In this document: positions 31,601 through 40,450 of the stretch, piece after piece
Layout: each line of letters opens with the position of its first letter
How positions within the stretch are numbered: the stretch's first letter is position 1
Origin: Escherichia coli
GTDB lineage: Bacteria > Pseudomonadota > Gammaproteobacteria > Enterobacterales > Enterobacteriaceae
Length of the DNA: 64,000 nt
Strand: one strand, 5' to 3'
Assembly: GCF_013122565.1 (NCBI RefSeq)
Contig: NZ_CP053258.1
The notes under the pieces: model-generated
Told to the model about the DNA's origin: nothing
Database searches by the model: none
Seen by the model: the letters and a program-made list of their open reading frames with translations, nothing else
Made by a program: the position numbers and the translations under genes

Positions 31601-34600
31601 TTAATGGAAAATGACGTCGGGTGCGCTTAACGCCTCACTCAAATCAAACACATCAAGTTCGGCAAAAGTGACGGATTTATTGTCACGGTACACTCGAAGA
31701 GAACGGAAGCTCATTAACGCTTTGCTATCAACATTGTAGTGGTTAAAACCGGGTGAAAACTTAAGGACCAGCCGGTACTCGCCCAGGTCATAGACAAATG
31801 CATCCTCATAGCCTGACTCCCAGCCTTTGTATCGCATTCCCATAAGCTGCCCAACGGTAGCGGATTTACCTTCCCAGCGAGTCAGGCTGTTACTGGTTGA
31901 CTCGTCAGGTGTGAGCAGCACCGTGCGGCGCGACAACTGGCGAAAAGGCGGCATAATTTCGTAATCGGCAAAAAGCTGTGCAAATTCACTGCGCATTTCT
32001 GCTGTCATTTCTAACGGGTGGGCAATGCCAATCAGAGCATCCGCAGGCAGGTCAATGGGCTCATCTTGCGCATTGCAGAACTCACCCTCTGCGGCCACAC
32101 GAAAGGCGTTGAGTAAACGACGCGGTTCATTTGCTGGATACACGCCCCATATTAATCGCTGAGTAACCAGGCGGGTAAAGGGATGATTAACAAACAGAGA
32201 ATGAAAATCTGCCAGCGACCAGCGTCGGGTGGTACGTAGGGCTGCTTCAAGACGCGGGAGCAGGTTTTTGCTCACCTGGGTGGCATCTTTTTTTAGCCCT
32301 TTTAGTCGGGCCAGTGCCTCGGGCGCTTTCAGTTGATCGTCATCGGCGCGCAACCGGGGAACACTTTTCTGGCGAACGTTTTGTTGATCAAAGATAACCG
32401 GGTTGAGGTTTTCATCGAAGCGAACGGTAAACTGCCGGGGACCAAAATCAAAAATCAACGCCTGCGGATCATCAAGACCCAGTGTTGGGACTAATCTGTC
32501 CGCTAACTCTTCCTGGCTTAGCCCGCGATTTTCTGCGACCACCTGAAGAAATTCCGCTGCGTTTTCACGTAATGAAGAGGATTTCGCCCGTTGTGATACA
32601 TGATGCAGCTGTATCAGCGCCATATCATTATTCATCAGGGTAAGTATATTCAGACCACTGACAGCACGGGCAGATTTGCCTTCTTGTGGCCAGGCGAGGA
32701 TCTGTGTCGTTAGATCCCGTGCCGTGCTTTCGTCACCAAAGAGACTTAACGCCAGAAATGCCCAGTTGTCTTTTGCGGGGGCACCAGCTTGTTGCCAGGC
32801 GGTGAAGAGATCCCAGGCAAAAGCTGCCAGCGTTTGCGGCTGGCAGAACGATTTCAGTTGTTCCAGTCCGCTATAAAAACGTCCCCCCTGGGTAAAGCGC
32901 AGCATTTCGCCGATAATTTCCAGAGCGTCATCGGTAACAGGTTGATTATTAGTGATAAGTCGAGGCCTGGACCACATTGCCGGATGCCAGAAATCAGGGG
33001 CTTTTGGAATGCGTGCCGGGTAAATCTCTATTTGACTCTGTTTAAGTAATTGTTCCAGGGCAGGCCATACATCAGCGCGATCCCAGCGGTTTGCCACGGT
33101 TTGTAGTAATACGCCATGTCCCTGTTCATACAGTAAACGCAGGGCAAGTAATGCAGCTTCGCTATTATCGCTGGATTTGGTGAAGACAAGAGGGATAAGT
33201 GCAGTAGCCGTATGTTCCGGCCATTGTAAAATCCACTGGCGGGCCAGATCACGCTGCGCCGCGAAACGTCGCCAGACGCGGGCAACAGGCAGGGCCAGTT
33301 CTGTTGCGCCAAAATGAATCAGCAGAGGAAATATCTCTTTTGGATGTCGGGCAAAGGCGGTGTTTAATCCAGGCAAAGCATCGGTACCCAGCACACTTAA
33401 CAGATATTCCCCCCCGGTGTAATGAAAATCAGCCTCGACAATTTGTTGCCAGCACGATACCGCCATTTCGTGCGGCATCTGCGCGATAAGGTACAGATTC
33501 CAAATCCCCCAACGCTTTTTATTACCATAGTAAAATCCGTGCTGAAAAGTTCGCCACCCTCCCATCAGCGCAATGCTATCTTGTGCCAGTAATGCTTTGG
33601 TGGCTTCTTCCCGGTACTGTTTAGATTTGGCCTGATACGCGTGATAAGTACGCAATAGTCCTATTGATGTGTATTCTTGCAGTTGCTGAGCATCAAAGGC
33701 ATCCAACTGTCCATGAAGAAGACGCTTATTAAATTCCAGGCTATGAACGTCAAAACCTAATTCCCGCAAGAAGGTATCCGCCCCTCTCTTAGCAAGACGT
33801 TCGTCAAAAGACATGGCGCTAAAATGGTCAATTGCAGTTTGCTGTTCCGGCGTCCAGTGTTTATTCGGCGACCTGTACGTTTGCGGTGCAAGCGTAAGAT
33901 CAGGCAGCGAAAAGTGAGGTATGGAAGTCTTTTTCTTCCTCCCACGCCATGGTGGTGAAACGAGGATTTCAGGCATTTGGCTGTTATCGGTACTATCAAT
34001 AACCGGTTTGGGCGGTGCCAATAAATAACTATTCAGTACTGCCCGGGCTTGAGTACTTAACCACTGCATCACCTCTTCTGCCAGTTGTGGCTGCGATGCC
34101 ATCAGCGTTTGTAACAGCGTACGCCAGTATTCATCTCGAGCTTTTTGCTGGGCAGGCAGCTTTTTGTCTTCGATGATTGGATAACCAGGGCGGGCTGGTG
34201 GTTCTTTTAACGCCAGCAGTTCTGCCAGTGCCGCGAGCGTCGCGTGGGGGAAGTTTTTACTGTATTTAGCCACACGTTGCAGGCTGGGTTTGTTTTTATC
34301 AGCCACCAGTAGCAAGGTGCGGATGACCTGCGGATGGTTAATTTGTACCAACAGACTGCCGCAATCTTCTTTATGGGCATACATCGCGAGGCGCGGAATG
34401 GCTGCCAGTCCTTGTTCGCGCAAAAGGGCGGCGCAGGCCGCGTAGCCGAAGTGGTTTTCATGCGACATGTAGCTGGCTTCGCGATCGCTAAATATATCCT
34501 GACTCCAGTAGTGATCGAGTTTCCTCACCGCTGTGGGGTCATTAGCAACAACTTTTAGCCACTCCTTAGAATGATAATGAGTCCGTGGGCATTCAAGGCC

Positions 34601-35248
34601 TATCAACTCATTGGCGATTTCTGGTTTTTCCGGGAGGATCAGCGCAATAAAAGGGCGGCGAACTTTGGTTATTCCTGGCAGTGCGGCAATGAGTTTGTCG
34701 GCGCAACGCTGCCAGCAGCTTTCCTCTGCCAGAGAGAGATGCTTACGCAGTCGGAGATCGAATTCGTTATAGGTTTCTGATCGATAACCATAGCCATAGT
34801 CCTCGTTCTGATACTGCAATGTCACTACCAGAGGATCACTCTCATAACACCGCGCAATAAACTGGCGTGCAATCACCACCTCAGTCGCATATTCCAGCCC
34901 CTCTTGTTGGACGATTTCGTCGAGTAACTGTTGGCTGTCATTTTGCGCGATACAGGCTAGCGCCGCCATTGTCCGGGCCGGGATTGAGGGTTTGTGTTCG
35001 CCGATCAAGTTGATGGCCTGCGTGATGGCGGACTGCCACTCCAGTGAAAAATTCTCATAACGCCAGACAATGTTTTTTTTCTTCTCAGCTTTTTGTAGCA
35101 ATTCATCACCCAGTGTCTGAATGATGCTTTCAGTGATAACAGGCACTGGTTCGCCCGGCCAATTGCGATGGCTGAGTGGTGTTTTGCCTTTTTTATATTT
35201 CAGTTCCAGTTGGGCGTTATCCGCCAGCCACGGTAATTCCTTGTCCAT
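31601..35248 (-). CDS. yehI: giant MolR-like protein YehI (1215 aa), lacking the N-terminal WGR domain
   Basis: Shares conserved C-terminal blocks with the four upstream paralogs (FAQLFADYEIMPPFRQL, RRWSLADF...HPFTRLVTQRLIWGVY, LEYATEVVIA); begins at the LPWLADN motif that follows the WGR domain in the paralogs. Confidence 0.85.
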   Translation of the reverse strand: MDKELPWLADNAQLELKYKKGKTPLSHRNWPGEPVPVITESIIQTLGDELLQKAEKKKNIVWRYENFSLEWQSAITQAINLIGEHKPSIPARTMAALACIAQNDSQQLLDEIVQQEGLEYATEVVIARQFIARCYESDPLVVTLQYQNEDYGYGYRSETYNEFDLRLRKHLSLAEESCWQRCADKLIAALPGITKVRRPFIALILPEKPEIANELIGLECPRTHYHSKEWLKVVANDPTAVRKLDHYWSQDIFSDREASYMSHENHFGYAACAALLREQGLAAIPRLAMYAHKEDCGSLLVQINHPQVIRTLLLVADKNKPSLQRVAKYSKNFPHATLAALAELLALKEPPARPGYPIIEDKKLPAQQKARDEYWRTLLQTLMASQPQLAEEVMQWLSTQARAVLNSYLLAPPKPVIDSTDNSQMPEILVSPPWRGRKKKTSIPHFSLPDLTLAPQTYRSPNKHWTPEQQTAIDHFSAMSFDERLAKRGADTFLRELGFDVHSLEFNKRLLHGQLDAFDAQQLQEYTSIGLLRTYHAYQAKSKQYREEATKALLAQDSIALMGGWRTFQHGFYYGNKKRWGIWNLYLIAQMPHEMAVSCWQQIVEADFHYTGGEYLLSVLGTDALPGLNTAFARHPKEIFPLLIHFGATELALPVARVWRRFAAQRDLARQWILQWPEHTATALIPLVFTKSSDNSEAALLALRLLYEQGHGVLLQTVANRWDRADVWPALEQLLKQSQIEIYPARIPKAPDFWHPAMWSRPRLITNNQPVTDDALEIIGEMLRFTQGGRFYSGLEQLKSFCQPQTLAAFAWDLFTAWQQAGAPAKDNWAFLALSLFGDESTARDLTTQILAWPQEGKSARAVSGLNILTLMNNDMALIQLHHVSQRAKSSSLRENAAEFLQVVAENRGLSQEELADRLVPTLGLDDPQALIFDFGPRQFTVRFDENLNPVIFDQQNVRQKSVPRLRADDDQLKAPEALARLKGLKKDATQVSKNLLPRLEAALRTTRRWSLADFHSLFVNHPFTRLVTQRLIWGVYPANEPRRLLNAFRVAAEGEFCNAQDEPIDLPADALIGIAHPLEMTAEMRSEFAQLFADYEIMPPFRQLSRRTVLLTPDESTSNSLTRWEGKSATVGQLMGMRYKGWESGYEDAFVYDLGEYRLVLKFSPGFNHYNVDSKALMSFRSLRVYRDNKSVTFAELDVFDLSEALSAPDVIFH

Positions 35249-35257
35249 GCTCTTTCC

Positions 35258-38200
35258 TTATTCAAACAGGGCTTCAATATCATTAATTAACTCGCTGGTG
35301 GTGATGGCATCGAGTACGGAGAACTGCGCTTCCTGAGTTGAATTATTCCTCCAGCCATAGCTTTCTGCTTTGCCTTCCCATAGCCACAGCTTGCTTAAGA
35401 GCTGCTCGGCGCTAAGTTCGGCTGGCGACATACCCACAGCAAAGCCTTCATCGATTTCCATGATTAACGACCAGCGGCCCAGGGGTTTGATCATCCAGCA
35501 GATCCAGCCTCCATCCTGTGGTTCGCCCTTTATCCAGCCTTTATTCGCCAGCCCCATGACCCGACCACTCGGGCATTTTCTGCCTGCCCAGCGGGTCAGT
35601 TCGCTGGCGTTGCGCTCGGCTTCTGTCAGGGCGTAACTGTTACGGTCAAGCTGACGGAACGGTGGTAGCAGTTCGTAGTCGGCAAAAAGCTGACCAAAGG
35701 CGGCAGCATCCGTCGGTGATATTTCCAGAACGTGAGGAATACCAATAGAGATATCGCCTTCCGGCAGGGTGAAAAGATCATCGTCAGCGGTGCTGTAACT
35801 GTTATCTTCCGCCACGCGAAAGCACGCCAGCAGCTGGTTTTCGGCGCTATAAACGCCCCAAATCAGACGACGGGTTAAGTGGCGAACCAGCGGGTGCTCA
35901 ACCAGGAAAAGCTGAAAGTTTTCCGGCGACCAGCGGCGGCGCAGGCACATGGCGGATTCCAGCCTTGCTACCTGCTGGGCGGCGACGGTACGCGCATCTT
36001 TTTTCAGCAATTTGTAGCGGTTTACCGCCTCATCAGCCCGCGATTCATCATCGCTTTTATTGGGTTTAGGTAAGTCTTTCAGGCGGCTGCCGGAAACATC
36101 ACGCACAAACGGTTTTAAGGTTTCATCAAAGCTGACGGTGAACTGGCGTGAGCCGAAATCCAGCAGCAACGAACCGTTATCATCCAGACCGAGATCCGGG
36201 GCCAGGCGATCTTCTAGCTCCGCCACCGTGAGTTCGCGGCTTTCGGCAATGTCGGCAATTTTTTCTTTTGCCCGCTCCTGTAATGCTTTGAATTTCAGTT
36301 TCTGGGCGATGCCGTTAAGTTGCATCAAGGCGATATCACTACCGATAGTGGCGAGAATATCCAACCCAACGGTGGCGCGTTTATGCTGGGATTCACCAGG
36401 CCAGGCACGGATTAATGGCGTCAGTTTGCGGGCGGTGTCATCGTTACCGAGAACACCTAACGCGTTGAACGCCCAGCTCTCTTTCGACGGCGCGCCAGCG
36501 GTCTGCCAGGCGGTAAACAGATCCCAGGCAAATCCCGCCAGTGAGTCGGGGGTACAGGCATCTTTCACCTGCAATAATCCCGGATACAGTGCCTCTTCCT
36601 GAGGGAAGCGGAGCATTTCACCGAGGTAGAGTAGGGCGCTATCGGGCAGTGATTGGGCGTTTGCTTTTAATACCGGGCGCGTCCAGAGCGATGGCTGATA
36701 AAAGGCCGGAAGAGTGGGGATTTTTGTCGGGTGATTATCTAAGGGATCGAGCGCAAGCAGAGCGTTCACCGCGTCTGTTACTTCCGGCTGGTTATAACGC
36801 CGGGCGATTTCTTGCAGTAATGGCTGATGACCGTTTTCGGTAAGCATACGCAAGGCAGCGCGGGCGTTATCCTGTGCTTCACCGGCTTTGCCGAGCGCGG
36901 CAGGCAGCAGGCCGGTAATGGCGTGTTCCGGGTATTTCAACAGCCAGCTACGGGCGTCTTGTCGTAGGGTTTTGAGTTTGTTGAAGGCGCGGGCAATCAG
37001 TGGCGCTAATTCGATAGCCGCAAAATATTGTGCTATAGGCAGCGCTTCTTGCGGATAGCGAGATGCTGAGTGGATAAAACCTGTTAAACCAGCAAGTCGA
37101 AGATGCAACATTACTTGTTTTGCACCTGTATGTGGTTCTTTACTAAGGATGTTCCACATCTCGATAGCTTTATTAATGGGTAAAACATGGAGTGAAGAAA
37201 GATTCCATTCGCCCTGATAAGGGGAGTTATAGGACTTAAAAGCATCAATCAGCGCTGAATAATCTTCACGCTGCCAGGCATCCAGTGCTATTTCTGGAAC
37301 ATCAATATAGCCTCTATGTTTGTTCCAATCCCAGCGGTTGAATCCCAGGGAGGTCAGAAAAGCTTTTTCTCCCTCAGCTTGCTGATGAGGTTGCCAGTTA
37401 TGCTGCACTTGCAGTGTTTTGCTTTTTGTTTCATTTATTGTACAGAAGGATTCTAGGGATAATGGTGCTAAATCCAGCACCGAAATCGTCGATTTTTTCT
37501 TTTTAGCCAGCCAGGGCGGTGAGATTAGTACGGCAGGCAGCAAATCGGCGTTCGCATAAACTGAAGGTTGTGTCAGTTGTTGCAGGCATGACTTAAGTTC
37601 GGTAACCGCCGGAGCAGATAGCCAGGGAATTACCTGCTCTGCTAATGTTGGTTGTGAGATAAGCATTGTCATTAGCATCATGCGCCAGCGCTTTTCATCT
37701 TTTTGTGCCAGAAGTTCTGCTAATGCCGCCAGCGCTGCATGTGGAAAGCGAACGAAAGCCTTTGTCATGCGATCGTGGCAACGCTTTCCCTGCTCGCTTG
37801 CATGGATAAGTAGTGTAAGTGCCTGGGGGTGGTTGATATGCATCAACACTTCCCCACATGTGTCACCAGCAGCGTAAGGAGCAAAACGGGCCAGCGCAGC
37901 GACACCTTGCTCCTTGAGTATCGTTGCACACCAGATTTTACCGCCGTAATAATCATCAAATACCTGCCCAGGCTGTCCTGGATAGTATTTTCCCAGTTCT
38001 GCCAATACCTGCTCGTCGGTGGTCGTCAGTTTCAGCCATTCCAGCGCATATAACCCTTTTTGTCCACAAAGATGTCTGGCAATCTCATGAGCTACTTCTG
38101 GTTTTTCCGGCAACAATAGTGCAACCAGTGGCTGGTGCCACGTGGGCATGGTTCCGAGAGCGGCAATCAGTTTGTCGGCGCAGCGCTGCCATACATCGTC

Positions 38201-39016
38201 ATTTGCAAGTGAGAGATGCTTACGCAGGCGCATTTCAACCGAAGCGAAGCGTAACAGATAGCCAGGCTGCCTGTTATCCGGGGTAACCGTAATGAGATGG
38301 GCATCATAATCCCAGTCGAAGCGGATGAATTGCAATGCAATGACAACCTCAGTGGCATATTCCAGACCACCTTCCTGGACAATTTGATCCATTAGCTCTT
38401 CATGATCGTTACGATTGAAGCCTTGTTCCAGCGCAACCAGTACCGCCAGAACCATCGGTGGTAGCGTGGTGCTAATTGGCGAGTCGATAAGGCCTACGGC
38501 TTGTGTAATTGCCTGCTGCCAGTCCAGTGAACAGGTGCTGTAATCGAAGGTGAGCACCTTTTTAAAACGCCGGTGAGTATTCGCGGCGACGGAGCGTAGC
38601 AGGGTTAATTCATTCTCCTGTGGCACAGGAGCGCCAGGCCAGCGTCGATGACTTAGTGTGGTTGGCGCAACCTCTGTCGGTAAAATGATTTGGGTGTCGT
38701 CTGCCAGCCAGGGGAGGTGGTCTCCAGTAAATGCCGGTTTGTCTTGTGGCAAAGGGGTTATTTCCGGGCATTCGATAACCTTGCCGGGCGCAGATGTCGG
38801 TGTCATCACGGATACTTCTTCTACGTAGCCCTTTTTTGTTTTCTCCGTAATCAGCTTCAGTTCCGCTTTTTCCGCCGCTGCAGCATCTGCAAAGCTTTTT
38901 ACCTGGCTTTGCCCGTTAGTACCGACTTTGCCCCAGGTAATATGCAGCTCGTTTCCCTGCTGCTCCACCGCCCAGAATTTATGTGATTTTTCATCCTGAT
39001 AAATATAGGTTTTCAT
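35258..39016 (-). CDS. MolR-like giant protein, paralog 1 (1252 aa): N-terminal WGR domain plus YehI-like body
   Basis: N-terminus MKTYIYQDEKSHKFWAVEQQGNELHITWGKVGTNGQ (WGR signature); body shares blocks with YehI; 9-nt gap to yehI. The corresponding K-12 locus (molR) is a pseudogene by my recollection. Confidence 0.8.
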   Translation of the reverse strand: MKTYIYQDEKSHKFWAVEQQGNELHITWGKVGTNGQSQVKSFADAAAAEKAELKLITEKTKKGYVEEVSVMTPTSAPGKVIECPEITPLPQDKPAFTGDHLPWLADDTQIILPTEVAPTTLSHRRWPGAPVPQENELTLLRSVAANTHRRFKKVLTFDYSTCSLDWQQAITQAVGLIDSPISTTLPPMVLAVLVALEQGFNRNDHEELMDQIVQEGGLEYATEVVIALQFIRFDWDYDAHLITVTPDNRQPGYLLRFASVEMRLRKHLSLANDDVWQRCADKLIAALGTMPTWHQPLVALLLPEKPEVAHEIARHLCGQKGLYALEWLKLTTTDEQVLAELGKYYPGQPGQVFDDYYGGKIWCATILKEQGVAALARFAPYAAGDTCGEVLMHINHPQALTLLIHASEQGKRCHDRMTKAFVRFPHAALAALAELLAQKDEKRWRMMLMTMLISQPTLAEQVIPWLSAPAVTELKSCLQQLTQPSVYANADLLPAVLISPPWLAKKKKSTISVLDLAPLSLESFCTINETKSKTLQVQHNWQPHQQAEGEKAFLTSLGFNRWDWNKHRGYIDVPEIALDAWQREDYSALIDAFKSYNSPYQGEWNLSSLHVLPINKAIEMWNILSKEPHTGAKQVMLHLRLAGLTGFIHSASRYPQEALPIAQYFAAIELAPLIARAFNKLKTLRQDARSWLLKYPEHAITGLLPAALGKAGEAQDNARAALRMLTENGHQPLLQEIARRYNQPEVTDAVNALLALDPLDNHPTKIPTLPAFYQPSLWTRPVLKANAQSLPDSALLYLGEMLRFPQEEALYPGLLQVKDACTPDSLAGFAWDLFTAWQTAGAPSKESWAFNALGVLGNDDTARKLTPLIRAWPGESQHKRATVGLDILATIGSDIALMQLNGIAQKLKFKALQERAKEKIADIAESRELTVAELEDRLAPDLGLDDNGSLLLDFGSRQFTVSFDETLKPFVRDVSGSRLKDLPKPNKSDDESRADEAVNRYKLLKKDARTVAAQQVARLESAMCLRRRWSPENFQLFLVEHPLVRHLTRRLIWGVYSAENQLLACFRVAEDNSYSTADDDLFTLPEGDISIGIPHVLEISPTDAAAFGQLFADYELLPPFRQLDRNSYALTEAERNASELTRWAGRKCPSGRVMGLANKGWIKGEPQDGGWICWMIKPLGRWSLIMEIDEGFAVGMSPAELSAEQLLSKLWLWEGKAESYGWRNNSTQEAQFSVLDAITTSELINDIEALFE

Positions 39017-40450
39017 TGCAAATTCCTTTTAATCAAACAGTGATTCAATATCGTTAATCAGCTCGCTGGCAGTGATGTCGTCGAGCACGGAGAAGGGATA
39101 AACCGATTTGCGCGGCGTCAGTTTGTACAACTGAATGTGCTCAATTTTTTGGTTATCGCTGATTTCGGTGACGGGCAATCCAACACAGAAGCCGGGTGTC
39201 ACACTCAGTTCGACGTAGCCATCATCCACAGCTTTATAAAATGAGTAATAGCCGCCACCATCCAGAACATCGCCCCGTTGCCAGCCTTTATTCATCAGCC
39301 CGGCGACGCGCCAACTCGCTGCCTGGCGACCAGCCCAGCGCTGCAAATCGTTGCTGTTTTTTTCTGAATCAGAGAGCTGAGACCAGGGGCGATCAAGTTG
39401 ACGGAACGGTGGCAGGAGTTCGTAGTCAGAGAACAGTTGGGCAAATTCAGCAGCCTGTGGGGCCGGGATTTCCAGCACATGCGGGATACCGATACAGCCC
39501 TGCGCAAGGGTAAACGGGGTATCCTGACCGTCGCTAAAACTGCCATCCTCCGCCACGCGAAAACAGCAAATAAGGTGATTATCAGCGTCATAAATGCCCC
39601 ACATCAGACGTTGGGTGATATGACGAACCAGGGGATGCTCAACCAGAAACAGGCGGAACTGTTCTGCAGTCCAGCGGCGACGCTGACACATGGCGGCTTC
39701 CAGACGCGAAATCTGTTGTGCAGCTACCGTGCGGACATCTTTTTTCAACAACTTGTAGCGATTTACCGCTTCCTCAGCCAGCGTTTCATCATCGCTTTTG
39801 TTCGGTTTGGGCAGGTCTTTCAGACGGTTGCCGGAAGTATCGCGCACAAACGGTTTTAAGGATTCATCAAAGCTGACGGTGAACTGGCGTGGGCCGAAAT
39901 CCAGCAGCAGCGAACCGTTATCATCCAGACCGAGATCGGGCGCTAACCGGTCTTCCAGCTCTGCGACAGTGAGCTGGCGGCTTTCGGCAATCTGGGCGAT
40001 TTTAGTTCTAGCCTGATCCTGCAAGGCTTTAAATTTTAGCTTTTGCGCAATGCCGTTAAGCTGCATCAGGGCGATATCGCTGCCGATAGCAGCAAGAATA
40101 TCCAGCCCGACAGTGGCGCGTTTATGCTGGGATTCCCCCGGCCAGGCGCGGATGAGCGGGGTGAGTTTGCGGGCGGTGTCATCGTTACCCAGAATCCCCA
40201 GTGTGGTAAATGCCCAGTTATCTTTAGCTGAGCCACTGGCAGATTCCCAACTGAGGAAGAGATCCCAGGCAAAATCGGCAAGAGATTGCGGGGTACAGGC
40301 CTCGATTACCTGTGTAATTCCTGGGTAAAGGGTGGCTTCGCGGGGGAAAGAGAGCATGGTGCACAGGTGCAGGATGGCTGAATCTGAAAGTGCCTTGCCG
40401 TTACTGCGCAGAAGCGGGCGGTGCCATACTTCTGGCGAACACCACCCAGG
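39017..40450. repeat. about 1.4 kb direct repeat (copy A) spanning the 3' part of paralog 2 and its downstream junction
   Basis: Near-identical by eye to 42866..44300 (offset 3849 bp); only scattered substitutions over the first about 1.2 kb; spurious plus-strand ORFs recur at identical offsets (39196/43045, 39798/43647, 40050/43899). Confidence 0.8.

Noticed and set aside
39196-40328. Recurrent plus-strand ORFs antisense to the giant paralogs (39196..39513, 39398..39859, 40050..40328 and counterparts at 43045.., 43373.., 43899..)
   Set aside because: They recur only because the underlying minus-strand genes are duplicated; they are Arg/Ser-rich, GC-skew artefacts fully embedded in the long, conserved minus-strand frames.
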